NCBI GenBank assembly: GCA_965223505.1
Contig: CBDCWP010000012.1
Location: forward strand, 32,001-96,000
Length of the DNA: 64,000 nt
Direction: 5' to 3'
From: Planctomycetota bacterium
GTDB taxonomy: Bacteria > Planctomycetota > PLA2 > JAEUHO01
The notes below the pieces were generated by a model that worked only from the letters and a program-made list of their open reading frames with translations, was not told the origin of the DNA and searched no databases. Of the stretch, positions 29,217-38,834 are shown piece by piece. Position 1 is the stretch's first letter, and every line of letters starts with the position of its first letter. Position numbers and translations under genes: made by a program.

Positions 29217-30887
29217 TCAGCGCAGTTGCACCTCGATCTCGAGCTCCGCCGTTTCGCCCGGTGTCAGGTCGACGACACGCGTCAGAGGCACCAGATTGGG
29301 ACTCGTGACCTCGAGAACGTGGCGCCCGGCGCCGAGACCGGTAACCAGCAGACCACCCTCGCTGTCGGCGTGCAGACTCTCGGCGTCGGCATCCATACCC
29401 TCCGGCGCCTCGATCGCCTTCTCGGGGAAGGCGTGCACGACGCGGCCTTCGAACAGGAAGCGGAACTGCACGACGACACGCTCCCGCGCGGTGAAGCGTA
29501 CGCGCACCTTCGCCGGCGGCCCGAGCTTCATCTCGACCTCGGTCTTCTGACGTGGCACGACCTTGGTCTCGACGATCCCCGGGCCGTAGGCCGCCGACCG
29601 GACGCCGATGCGATACGGACCCGCCGGGAGCGCCGGGAAGTACAAGTCCTCGCCGCCCTGGATGACGAAGGCCTGGCGCATGACGCCTTGTCCGAGCCAC
29701 ATGACGGACGGCACGCCCTGCATCTCCATGTAGTTGATCTCCGCGCCCTCTTCGTCGACGAGCTTGATGCGCAACGAGCCGACGGTCGCGTCGCGCGCGA
29801 GCTCGACCTGGTAGACGCGTTCGCCGCCGTCGGCCGGCAGCGGCTCGCCGGTCGCACGCCACGGCGCGTAGCCGTCGGCCTTGATCTCGAGATCCACTCT
29901 CTCGTAGGAAACCGGAATGCGCACGACCTCGGACTTCATCTCCGACTTCGGCCGTGCCGGGGGGCCCGTGTACGCGCCGGTCAGCAGCTGCACGCGGCTC
30001 GACTCGGGATCGCCGGGAACGCCCCACTGCAACGTCGTGTTGGCGATGTCCTCGCCGTCCGCGGTGCGGATCTCGAACGACGCGCGAAACGCCGGTGCGA
30101 GCTGGATCTCGTGTTCCACGTTCGAGCCCGGAACGAGCGGTCCCGTCTTGGACGGCATGTAGTGGGGGTGATCGACCTCGAGGACGACCGCGGCCTTGGC
30201 GAGACCGTCGATGACGAAGCGGCCCTCGCGATCGGAAACCGCTTCGCCGACGCTGCCGGGTACCAACGGAAGATCCTGGGCGGGGCCGCCCTTGATCGTC
30301 GCGCCTTCGATCGGACGGCTGTGCGGATCCGTGACGCGCCCCTTCATCTGTAACGCCCTTGCAAGCGTTATCGTGAGTTCCTCGCGTCCCGGCAAACAGA
30401 CGACGGTTGTCACGTACCCGTCTGCCGTGACGAACAAGTCGTATTCGCCGTCCGCGAACTCCTTGGGGCCCAAGACCTCGAACGCCCCGTTCGCGTCGGT
30501 CGCCTTGGCGCGCGCAATCGGACGAACGGGTTTATCGAAGCCGGAGGAGGGAGCGGCAAATCGCGGACAGGGTTCTCGGTGAAGCTCAACGAGCAGCAAG
30601 GCTCCCGGCACGCCTCGGCCGGTCTGCGCATCGACGACGACGCCTTGGAACCAGACCGTCGGCTTCTTCTTCACCGGCGTCGTGTTGCCGCTGCCGTTGG
30701 TGCTCGTGGGGCCGCCGTTGCGGCCTCCGCGGCCCGAGCCCTCGAGCAACGCGCGCTCGGTCTCGTCGACGTCGTGGTCGTCGTCGGCCATCGGGTCGTA
30801 GTCGCCGTCGTTCCCGTCTCCGGTGAACAGGAAGAACAGGACCACACCCACGACGACCACGATCAGAACGAGTGCGAACTTGCCCAC
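29217..30887 (-). CDS. Membrane-anchored protein with carboxypeptidase-regulatory-like beta-sandwich repeats
   Basis: N-terminal TM; repeated G.V.D..G.P..GA / TD..G.F / LPAGPY motifs. Confidence 0.75.
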   Translation of the reverse strand: MGKFALVLIVVVVGVVLFFLFTGDGNDGDYDPMADDDHDVDETERALLEGSGRGGRNGGPTSTNGSGNTTPVKKKPTVWFQGVVVDAQTGRGVPGALLLVELHREPCPRFAAPSSGFDKPVRPIARAKATDANGAFEVLGPKEFADGEYDLFVTADGYVTTVVCLPGREELTITLARALQMKGRVTDPHSRPIEGATIKGGPAQDLPLVPGSVGEAVSDREGRFVIDGLAKAAVVLEVDHPHYMPSKTGPLVPGSNVEHEIQLAPAFRASFEIRTADGEDIANTTLQWGVPGDPESSRVQLLTGAYTGPPARPKSEMKSEVVRIPVSYERVDLEIKADGYAPWRATGEPLPADGGERVYQVELARDATVGSLRIKLVDEEGAEINYMEMQGVPSVMWLGQGVMRQAFVIQGGEDLYFPALPAGPYRIGVRSAAYGPGIVETKVVPRQKTEVEMKLGPPAKVRVRFTARERVVVQFRFLFEGRVVHAFPEKAIEAPEGMDADAESLHADSEGGLLVTGLGAGRHVLEVTSPNLVPLTRVVDLTPGETAELEIEVQLR

Positions 30888-30897
30888 GCCGAACAGC

Positions 30898-31671
30898 CTA
30901 CCCGCGCACGATGGCGACGAGGGCGTCGAGACCGTCGGTCAAGCAGCCGGGGCCCGGCTGGAGAATGGTGCTCGACTCGATCTCGTGGATCGCCCCGTTA
31001 CGCACGGCCGTCACGTCGGTCCAGCCGTCGCGTTCTCGGATGGCGTCGACGTCCACCGGCTTGCCGCACCAACTCGCCACGACGATCTCCGGGTCGGCGG
31101 CGACCACGTCGGCCGGCGTGACGAAGCGCTCCTTCGCGAGCTTGCCGGCCGCGCGGTCGGCGAAGACGTTCCGGCCCCCGGCGATCTCGATCAGCTCGCT
31201 CACCCAGTGGATGCCGGTGATCATCGGATCGGGCCACTCCTCGAAGTACACACGCGGACGTTCGCTCGGACGCGAGGCGCGGACCTCGTCGAGCCGCGCG
31301 ACGTAGCCTTCGACGAGCGATCGCGCCGCGTCTTCCCGTCCGACCAGCCGGCCGGTCAGCAAGATCACGTTCAAGATCTCCTCGATCGTGCGCTGATTGA
31401 AGATCACCACCTGGAGGTTGGCGGCGATCAGCTTCGCGGCGAGTTCGGCCTGGATGTCCGAGAAGCCGATGACGAGGTCCGGTTCGAGCGCGACGATCTT
31501 CTCCACGTTGCCGCCCGTGAAGCCCGACACGATCGGCGCGGCGTCGCGCGCCTCGGGCGGCCGGCACGTCCACGCGCTGATGCCGACGATGCGCTCTCCC
31601 TCGCCGAGCAGATGCAGGATCTCTGTCGGCTCTTCGGTGAGACAGACGATTCGTCCGGGCGGGTTGCGCAA
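30898..31671 (-). CDS. BtuF-like (cobalamin/siderophore-binding fold) protein without signal peptide
   Basis: RIVCLTEEPTEIL, EKIVALEPDLV, PRVYFEEW, AGGRNVF, LQPGP. Confidence 0.85.
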   Translation of the reverse strand: MRNPPGRIVCLTEEPTEILHLLGEGERIVGISAWTCRPPEARDAAPIVSGFTGGNVEKIVALEPDLVIGFSDIQAELAAKLIAANLQVVIFNQRTIEEILNVILLTGRLVGREDAARSLVEGYVARLDEVRASRPSERPRVYFEEWPDPMITGIHWVSELIEIAGGRNVFADRAAGKLAKERFVTPADVVAADPEIVVASWCGKPVDVDAIRERDGWTDVTAVRNGAIHEIESSTILQPGPGCLTDGLDALVAIVRG

Positions 31672-31677
31672 GGGGGC

Positions 31678-32751
31678 CTAGGCGAAGCGCGTCGAGTAGA
31701 TCGGCGGGAGGTTGTTCGAGAGCGTGTCCCAGCTCTCGCCGCCGTTCTCCGACACATAGAGGTTGCCCGATGTCGTGCCGAACACGAGCGTGTCGCCGCT
31801 CGGCGCCACGTCGAACGCGTGACGGAACGGAAAGTCCCACGCGTTCTCCTGCGGCAGTCCCTCGGTCTGCCGCACCCAGCTCTCGCCGCCGTCGTCCGTG
31901 CGCATGACGACGAGCTTGCCGCCGACCGTCATGCGGTGTTGGTCGCTCTGCATGGGAACGAGCCACGCGGTCTCCGGCTTTGCCGGATGGACCGCGACGG
32001 GAAAGCCGAAGTAGACGAGCGGCTTTTGGGAGAGATCCGCCCACTTGGCGCCGCCATCGGTCGTGCGGAACACGCCGCAATGGTTGGCCTGCCACAGCAC
32101 GTCCGGGTTCGACGGCGCCATCGTGACGAAGTGCGGGTCGTGTCCGAAGTCGGCATCCGCGTCCTCGGGCTCGAACACCTTCGAGACGCCGTTGTTGCAG
32201 TACGCCCACGTCGCGCCGCCGTCCCTCGTCACGGTCGTGCCCGCGCAGGAAACCCCGATCACCATGTGCTCGGCGTCGCGCGGGTCGATGCAAATGGAGT
32301 GAATGCCGGCCTGGTCTCGGCCGCCGCCCGTCCACTCGTCGCGAGCGCACATGTCCCAGAGCGGCTGGTTCAGCGCCCACGACGTCCCGTCGTCCGTCGA
32401 TTGAAAGAGCCCGCCGGGCTCGGTGCCGATCCAGAACGTATCGGGCGCTTCGGCGTGGCCGGGCTGCAGCACCCAGTAGTACTTGGCCGTCTTGCCGGTG
32501 GCCTTCGGGTACTTCGGCGCCTCGACCTCGTCGTAGTCGCCGCCGTCGTTCTTGGAGCGCGCCAGCTTCACGCCCCAGTGGCCGTGATCGAGCGACGCCC
32601 AGATCGAGCCGTTGCGCGCGTCGCGCACGGCGTACGGCACCGGTAGTCCCTTCAATGCCGGATGCGACAGCGCCCAACCGTTCGCCCGCTTGCGCGCTTC
32701 GATGAGTCCTTTGCGCGTACCGATCAGTACGCGATCGTCCTGCGTTCCCAC
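31678..32751 (-). CDS. BNR/Asp-box repeat beta-propeller protein
   Basis: Repeated Asp boxes: STDDGTSW, TRDGGATW, TTDGGAKW, TDDGGESW, SENGGESW. Confidence 0.88.
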   Translation of the reverse strand: MGTQDDRVLIGTRKGLIEARKRANGWALSHPALKGLPVPYAVRDARNGSIWASLDHGHWGVKLARSKNDGGDYDEVEAPKYPKATGKTAKYYWVLQPGHAEAPDTFWIGTEPGGLFQSTDDGTSWALNQPLWDMCARDEWTGGGRDQAGIHSICIDPRDAEHMVIGVSCAGTTVTRDGGATWAYCNNGVSKVFEPEDADADFGHDPHFVTMAPSNPDVLWQANHCGVFRTTDGGAKWADLSQKPLVYFGFPVAVHPAKPETAWLVPMQSDQHRMTVGGKLVVMRTDDGGESWVRQTEGLPQENAWDFPFRHAFDVAPSGDTLVFGTTSGNLYVSENGGESWDTLSNNLPPIYSTRFA

Positions 32752-32772
32752 TGGTGTTCCTCCCTGACCGTG

Positions 32773-33045
32773 CTATCCGCCGGACAACGCTTGCAGGATG
32801 TGCACTTCACTCTCCGGTCGTATCGTTCGCTCGAGACAGTCACGTCCTTTGACGCGTTCGCCGTCGATCCAGACGGCCACGTGTTTGCGCAACCGCCCTC
32901 CTTCGTCCGTCACGTAGAAGCCGAGCCCCGGCCACCTCTCATCGAGCGTTCCCACCAATTCGCCCAGGGTCCCCGCTTCGGCCTGCGCCGTCTCGGGGAG
33001 CTCGAAGAAGGTGCGCAAGTGTGGGGTGAAGCGGACGAGGGCCAT
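32773..33045 (-). CDS. MoaD/ThiS family ubiquitin-like protein
   Basis: 90 aa from ATG 33045 (GAGGAG RBS); ends ILQALSGG. Confidence 0.9.
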   Translation of the reverse strand: MALVRFTPHLRTFFELPETAQAEAGTLGELVGTLDERWPGLGFYVTDEGGRLRKHVAVWIDGERVKGRDCLERTIRPESEVHILQALSGG

Positions 33046-33224
33046 ACGGCTTCGCTCCTCGACGGGTACGCCGACGTTGTACCGCACGAGAGAATGTTGA
33101 GGAGCCACTAATGTTGCTCGTCCAATTGCGGCGAGACGCGGTCAGTCATAGGACAGCAGGGGCCTGGTCGGGTTCTGGAGGCGATCCGGCAGTGGCGTGC
33201 GGATCGGCGCAGGAGTGTCGCTCA

Positions 33225-33360
33225 GTGCGCGTACTTGTCGTTGAAGACGAACCGACGACCCGCCTTCAGATCGCCGAGACACTCGAGGAAGAGGGCTACG
33301 ACGTCACGGCGGTCACTTCGGGTGAGGATGCGTGGGAAGCGCACAAGTACCGGGGGGGAG
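33225..33360 (+). pseudogene. Remnant of a response-regulator receiver domain (N-terminal ~45 codons)
   Basis: AGGAG RBS, GTG, then VRVLVVEDEPTTRLQIAETLEEEGYDVTAVTSGEDAW. Similarity ends at a G7 run before the phospho-Asp strand. Confidence 0.65.
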
Positions 33361-33450
33361 CTGCTGCTGAAGTTCGAGAAGATCGGCGTCGGCGCCACGA
33401 GCCCGCATGTTGCCCGAACATCGGGTCGACATGCACGCTAGCATCCAAGG

Positions 33451-33975
33451 GTGACCACACCCGCCCGTCCACGCCTCGGCGTCTCTGCTTGCCTGCTCGG
33501 CGAACGAGTGCGCTACGACGGTGATCACAAGCGTGACGCCTGGCTCACGAGCGCGGCCGCCGAGCGATTCGAGCTCGTGCCCGTTTGTCCGGAGGTGGAG
33601 CTCGGCATGGGCGTGCCGCGGCCGCCGGTGCGCCTCCAGCAGTTCGGCGGGGCGACGCGTCTCGTGCGCGTCGAAGACGGCGCGGACTTGGGCGCATCGA
33701 TGCGCGCCTACGCCGAGGAGCGCATCGAAGCACTGCGTCGCCTCGGGCTCGGCGGCTTCGTGCTCAAGAGCCGCTCCCCGAGCTGCGGTCGCGGCGACGC
33801 CGCGTTGCACGACTCGGCCGGTCGCCCCATCGGAACGAGCGACGGCGTGTTCGCCGCCGCCCTGGCGGCGCACTGGCCCGAGCTGCCCACGGCGACCGAG
33901 TCCGAGCTTGGCGACGACGATGCGCGCGCGGCGTTCGTCGAACGGGTCGAGCGCTTCGGACGACCGCGGAACTAG
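33451..33975 (+). CDS. DUF523 (2-thiouracil desulfurase-like) Fe-S protein
   Basis: VSACLLG..VRYDG, CPEV and KSRSPSCG motifs. Confidence 0.88.
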   Translation: MTTPARPRLGVSACLLGERVRYDGDHKRDAWLTSAAAERFELVPVCPEVELGMGVPRPPVRLQQFGGATRLVRVEDGADLGASMRAYAEERIEALRRLGLGGFVLKSRSPSCGRGDAALHDSAGRPIGTSDGVFAAALAAHWPELPTATESELGDDDARAAFVERVERFGRPRN

Positions 33976-33978
33976 GGA

Positions 33979-35151
33979 TCAGATCGTCTCGAAGGGTGCG
34001 AACAGCCGCTCGTATTCCTCTTGGGCTTCCCGGTCGGACATCGAAGCGATGTGATCGCAGATCGCGCGTTCCTTGCCGACCTCCTCCGCCCAGCGCCGGT
34101 CTTCGAAGCTGAGCATGCGCGGCTCCTGCTGATACGCGTCGAAGATGCGCTCCAGCAGGTGGCGTGCCTTGCTGCCCATCTTCATCAACCGCGGATGGCA
34201 GTAGAAGTGCTCGTGGAGGTAATGCGAGAGCCGGCGCTGGAGCTTGTTCATCTCCTCCGTGAAGCCGATCAACAGGTGCGGATGGGTCTGTACCTCCGAC
34301 GGCGCGTCGACGTCCGCCTCCGCGATGCGTTCGCTCGACGCGTTCACGAGATCGCTCACGCCGAGGTTGATGATCGACTTCACCGTGGCCAGCACCCGCA
34401 GCCGCGGCGAGAGGCCCGGCTCCGCGCGGCGCGTCTCGTGCCACCGCTCGCGCCAGATCTCGACATCGCAAAGTTGCTCCGCGGTGACGACGCCCGACGC
34501 GATGCCGTCGTCAAGATCATGCGCCAGATAGGTGATCGAGTCGCACACGTCGACGAGCTGGGCTTCGAGCAGCGGCCGGCGTCCGGTCTCGAATCCCAAC
34601 GCTTCCGTGTCGCGCGGGCTGTGGAGCGCGAACGCCTCGCGGACCTCGTAGCTGAGGTTGAGCCCCGGCCAACGCGGATACCGGCGTTCGAGCAGGTCGA
34701 CGACGCGCAGCCCGTGTGCGTTGTGCTCGAAGCCGCCGTGGTCCTTCATCAGGTCCTGCAGGACGTACTCGCCCTTGTGGCCGAACGGCCCGTGTCCCAG
34801 GTCGTGGCTGAGCGCGATCGTCTCGGTCAGGTCCTCGTTGAGGCGCAGCGCCCGCGCGGCCGTGCGCGAGATCTGCGCGACCTCCATCGTGTGGGTCAGC
34901 CGCGTGCGGTAGTAGTCGCCCTCGTTGTTGACGAAGACCTGCGTCTTGTACTCGAGCTTGCGAAACGCCGACGCGTGGATGATGCGGTCGCGGTCGCGCA
35001 TGTAGGTCGTGCGGTAGGCGTGCTCCGGCTCGTCGTGCACCCGGCCGCGCGACTCGCTCGAACGCATCGCCCACGAAGCGAGCTGGGCGGCTTCGCGCGC
35101 CTCGATCTCTTCGCGCGTGATCGGTCCGCCGGCATGCGTCGTTTTCTCCAT
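33979..35151 (-). CDS. dgt: Deoxyguanosinetriphosphate triphosphohydrolase (HD family)
   Basis: RDRDRIIH, KTQVF, RTRLTHT, HDLGHGPFGH, FEHN. Confidence 0.93.
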   Translation of the reverse strand: MEKTTHAGGPITREEIEAREAAQLASWAMRSSESRGRVHDEPEHAYRTTYMRDRDRIIHASAFRKLEYKTQVFVNNEGDYYRTRLTHTMEVAQISRTAARALRLNEDLTETIALSHDLGHGPFGHKGEYVLQDLMKDHGGFEHNAHGLRVVDLLERRYPRWPGLNLSYEVREAFALHSPRDTEALGFETGRRPLLEAQLVDVCDSITYLAHDLDDGIASGVVTAEQLCDVEIWRERWHETRRAEPGLSPRLRVLATVKSIINLGVSDLVNASSERIAEADVDAPSEVQTHPHLLIGFTEEMNKLQRRLSHYLHEHFYCHPRLMKMGSKARHLLERIFDAYQQEPRMLSFEDRRWAEEVGKERAICDHIASMSDREAQEEYERLFAPFETI

Positions 35152-35189
35152 CCGGGCAGTGTAAAACGCGGTCGCCTTCCGGAGACACG

Positions 35190-35642
35190 ATGAAGACGGT
35201 CCTGCAGCGGGTTTCGAGCGCTTCGGTTCGTGTCGACGATCGCGTCATCGGCGCGATCGAGCGCGGCGTGCTCTTGCTGGTGGGCGTCGAGCGCGGGGAC
35301 ACGGAAGCGGACGCCGACGTCACCGCGCGCAAGATCGCCGGCTTGCGCATCTTTCCCGGCCGAACGCCCATGGACCTGACGCTCACCGACGTCGGCGGCG
35401 GTTGTCTGGTCGTGAGTCAGTTCACGATCGCGGCGTCGCTGCGCAAGGGCAATCGTCCGAGCTTCGGGCAGGCGGAGGACCCCGCGGCCGCCGAGGCCCT
35501 CTACCTGCGTGTCGCCGAGGGACTGCGTTCGGCGGGCCTCGAGGTGGCGACGGGCGAGTTCGGCGCGGCGATGAACGTGATGCTCGAGAACGACGGTCCG
35601 GTCACCTTGATCGTCGAAGCGCGTGAAGGTCGGATTCGCTGA
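35190..35642 (+). CDS. dtd: D-aminoacyl-tRNA deacylase
   Basis: LQRV, SQFT, KGNRPSF, GEFGA, NDGPVT. Confidence 0.95.
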   Translation: MKTVLQRVSSASVRVDDRVIGAIERGVLLLVGVERGDTEADADVTARKIAGLRIFPGRTPMDLTLTDVGGGCLVVSQFTIAASLRKGNRPSFGQAEDPAAAEALYLRVAEGLRSAGLEVATGEFGAAMNVMLENDGPVTLIVEAREGRIR

Positions 35643-35803
35643 TGCTCGAGCCGGACGATCCCATCGAGCCGTCGAAGCCGTCCTCGCCGAAACCGCTCAT
35701 CTGGATTGCCGTGCTGCTGCTGGTCGTCGGCGCATTGACGGTGCTCTCGCTGTCCGACGTGTGGGACCGGATCTTCTCGGTGGAGCAGCGCACGGAGCCG
35801 TGA
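35642..35803 (+). CDS. Small single-pass membrane protein (53 aa; below the ORF-track cutoff)
   Basis: ATG overlaps the dtd TGA; MLEPDDPIEPSKPSSPKPLIWIAVLLLVVGALTVLSLSDVWDRIFSVEQRTEP. Confidence 0.65.
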   Translation: MLEPDDPIEPSKPSSPKPLIWIAVLLLVVGALTVLSLSDVWDRIFSVEQRTEP

Positions 35804-35923
35804 AGCCGGCTTGTTCGTTTCCCTTTCGCACGCGCGCGCGCCAGTATCTACGGAATGCGCGGCGCGCATCCGTTTTGCAGACTCTTTGCCGGTTGCGGGT
35901 CGTCGAACAGGTACATCAAAGCC

Positions 35924-38128
35924 ATGCAGGACCGGTCTGACTCGACGCCGCAGAGCTTCGCCGTGTTCGCGTTCGTCGTCTGCCTGTGCCTCGTGCTCGC
36001 GCCGACGCCCGTGGAGTCGTCCGGTTTCCTCGCGCCGAGCCGTGTCGGCGAGCCGGGTGCGCGCGCGTGGGTGCTCGTCTCGCAGCACGTCGACGCCGTC
36101 GTGCAGGGGCCGCACGCCCGCGTAACGCTCGAACAGGCGTTCTCGAACCCGTCCCGGCACTCGCTCTCGACCGAGTATCTCTTTCCCATTCCCGACGGGG
36201 TCGCGCTTGCTTCTCTGTCGCACTTCGACGGATCGCAGTGGCGCAAGGGCGAGATTCTCCGGGAGAGCGCCGCGCGGCGACACATGGAGACCGTGTTGCG
36301 CCGTGTGCGCAATCCCTTGCTCGTCGAGCACATGGGGCGTGACCTCTATCGCGTGCCGCTCGATCCGATCGCGCCGAGCGCGGTGCGCAAGATGACCGTC
36401 AAGTACGAGCAGACGTTGAGCCCCGAAGGGGGGCTCACGGGGTTTCGCTTCCCGCTCCATACCGCGCTGCTGCGCAACCGGCCGGTCGACGAGGTGTCCC
36501 TGCGCGTGAAGATCGATTCGCCGGGTGATCTGGGGCCGATCTACAGCCCGACTCACGACGTCGAGGTCGATCGCCCTTCGAAGCGCGAGGCCGAGGTGCG
36601 CGTAACGCGCGCCATCGAGCCCGGCGAGCCCGAGTTCCAGGTCTTCTGGACGACCACGGCAAGCCGCGTCGGCACGATGCTCATGACCTACTGGCCCAAG
36701 GGCGACGCCCGCGGCTACTTCGTCTACGTCGCGTCCCCGGCCGACGGCGGCGAAGGCCTGTCGAGCCAGCCCAAGGACATCCTCTTTGCCGTCGACACGT
36801 CGGCCTCGATGGCGGGCGACAAGCTGGAGCAGGTCCGCGTCGGGCTCCGCAAGATCATCGCGTCGTTGGGGCCGCAGGATCGGTTCAACGTGCTCGCCTA
36901 CGAGAACGAGGTCGACACGCTGTGGGACGCGGTCGCACCGGCCGACGCCAAGCATCGTGCCGAGGCGCTTTCGTACGTACAGCGTCTGCGCGCGGCCGGC
37001 GGCGCGTCGAACATCGGCGCCGCGATGGAACGCGCCGTATCGGCGCCGTCTTCGCCCGGACGCGTGTCGGCCGTGCTGTTCCTGACGGACGGTCGCCCGA
37101 CCGTCGGCGAGATCGATCCCGCGCAGATCCTGAGCCGCGTTCGCAAGCGCAACAAGTCGGGCGTGCGGGTGTTCGTGCTCGGGGTCGGTGTCGACGTGAA
37201 CAGCGTGTTGCTCGACCGGCTGGCGCTCGACAATGGCGGCATTCCGGCCTACGTGGGACCGCGCGAGGACGTGGAGCGTGAGGTGCTGCGGCTGTATCGC
37301 ACGATTCAGCATCCGGCGCTGACGCGCCTCACGCTCGACCTCGGTGCGATGGACGCCTCCGACCGGCTGCCGACGCAGCTGTCGGACCTCTTCCTGGGGC
37401 GCGAGCAGATCGTCGTCGGCCGTTATGCGCGGGGCGGGCGGACGGAAACCGTCCTGTCCGGAAACGAGGGCGCCGTGCGGCGTTCCTATCACGCGTTGCT
37501 GCGCGCGGGGCGTCGCGGCGACGTGTCGCTGGGCGACTTTCCGGCGCGCGTGTGGGCGCTTCGGCGCATCGCGCAGCGCATCGACCAGGTGCGCCTGCAG
37601 GGCCGCGAAGAGGCCGACATCGTCGAGGAGATCGTCGGCCTGTCCACGCGCTTCGGCATCCTCACCGAGTACACGTCGTTCCTCGCGGAGGAGGGCGTCG
37701 ATCACACGGCGACGCTGGCGAACCGCAAGCGCGCCGGCGAGAACCTGCGCGACCTGCGCGCGCGCTCGACCGGCGGATCGGGCTACGCGCAGGCCGTGAA
37801 CCAGGGCTCGCGCCGCGCCGCGCCGCGCGCGCCACGGCTCCCGACGTTCTATCTGGGCACGTCGGGCGACCGCGACGTCGAGCGCATCGAGGTTCCGGGC
37901 GTTCGTCGCGCGGGCGAGCGCACCTTCTTCTACCGCGGCGCGCAGGGTTGGGTCGACGCCGGTGTCGCCAAGCCGCAGCTGGTGGACGAGGAGATCGCGC
38001 GTTGGTCCGACCGGTTCTTCGAGCTCCTGCGGACGACGTCGCGCCTCGAGAATGCGCGTCTGGCGCAGCGTGGGACCCTGGTGCTCGAGATCGACGGCCG
38101 TGTCGTGCGCATCGTGGATCGAAGCTGA
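35924..38128 (+). CDS. Secreted VIT + von Willebrand factor A domain protein
   Basis: Hydrophobic N-terminus; VIT-like EQAFSNP..EYLFPIP; MIDAS DTSASM and LTDG; GILTEYTSFL. Confidence 0.85.
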   Translation: MQDRSDSTPQSFAVFAFVVCLCLVLAPTPVESSGFLAPSRVGEPGARAWVLVSQHVDAVVQGPHARVTLEQAFSNPSRHSLSTEYLFPIPDGVALASLSHFDGSQWRKGEILRESAARRHMETVLRRVRNPLLVEHMGRDLYRVPLDPIAPSAVRKMTVKYEQTLSPEGGLTGFRFPLHTALLRNRPVDEVSLRVKIDSPGDLGPIYSPTHDVEVDRPSKREAEVRVTRAIEPGEPEFQVFWTTTASRVGTMLMTYWPKGDARGYFVYVASPADGGEGLSSQPKDILFAVDTSASMAGDKLEQVRVGLRKIIASLGPQDRFNVLAYENEVDTLWDAVAPADAKHRAEALSYVQRLRAAGGASNIGAAMERAVSAPSSPGRVSAVLFLTDGRPTVGEIDPAQILSRVRKRNKSGVRVFVLGVGVDVNSVLLDRLALDNGGIPAYVGPREDVEREVLRLYRTIQHPALTRLTLDLGAMDASDRLPTQLSDLFLGREQIVVGRYARGGRTETVLSGNEGAVRRSYHALLRAGRRGDVSLGDFPARVWALRRIAQRIDQVRLQGREEADIVEEIVGLSTRFGILTEYTSFLAEEGVDHTATLANRKRAGENLRDLRARSTGGSGYAQAVNQGSRRAAPRAPRLPTFYLGTSGDRDVERIEVPGVRRAGERTFFYRGAQGWVDAGVAKPQLVDEEIARWSDRFFELLRTTSRLENARLAQRGTLVLEIDGRVVRIVDRS

Positions 38129-38138
38129 GGAGAGAGTC

Positions 38139-38834
38139 GTGGGAACGGATGCACCCAAGATCCTGATCGTCGAAGACGAACCGGTCCTGGCCGACGGTCT
38201 GGCCGAAGCCCTGAAGTTCCAGGGGTACGAGTGTCGCATCGCGCCCGACGGCCCGGCGGCGCTGGACGCCGCGCGCGAGGAGACGTTCGATCTCATGATC
38301 CTCGACGTGATGCTGCCCGAGCTCAGCGGCTTCGAGGTCATCCAGGCGCTGCGCAAGGACGGCTGGAAGGTCCCGACGATCATGCTGACCGCGAAGGGCT
38401 CGGACGAAGACAAGGTGCGCGGGCTCAAGCTCGGTGCGGACGACTACGTCACCAAGCCGTTCGGCCTTGCGGAGCTCGTCGCGCGCGTCGGCGCGCAGAT
38501 TCGACGCGCGCGGATGGACCGCGGCGACGGCGAGACGTTCGACATCGACGGCGTCACGTTCGATCTCGGACGCCTGCGCGCGGTGCGCGACGGCACCGAC
38601 ATCGATCTCACGCCGCGTGAGGGGGAGATCCTCCGCCATCTGCGATCGCGCGAGGGCAACGTCGTGACGCGCGACGAGTTCCTGCTCGACGTCTGGGGGT
38701 ACCCGACGGCGAACGTCGAGACGCGCACGGTCGACAACACCCTCGCGGCGTTGCGCAAGAAGATCGAGCGCGATCCTGCGCGCCCCGCCATCGTCATCAC
38801 GGTGCGCGGCAAGGGCTATCGGTGGGGCGGGTGA
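38139..38834 (+). CDS. OmpR-family response regulator
   Basis: ILIVEDE, LDVMLP, MLTAK, GADDYVTKPF, winged helix TVRGKGY. Confidence 0.95.
   Translation: MGTDAPKILIVEDEPVLADGLAEALKFQGYECRIAPDGPAALDAAREETFDLMILDVMLPELSGFEVIQALRKDGWKVPTIMLTAKGSDEDKVRGLKLGADDYVTKPFGLAELVARVGAQIRRARMDRGDGETFDIDGVTFDLGRLRAVRDGTDIDLTPREGEILRHLRSREGNVVTRDEFLLDVWGYPTANVETRTVDNTLAALRKKIERDPARPAIVITVRGKGYRWGG

Noticed and set aside
30340..30560. Locally lower-GC stretch inside a CDS as a possible insertion
   Set aside because: The frame is uninterrupted, the sequence fits the beta-sandwich repeat, and there are no flanking repeats.
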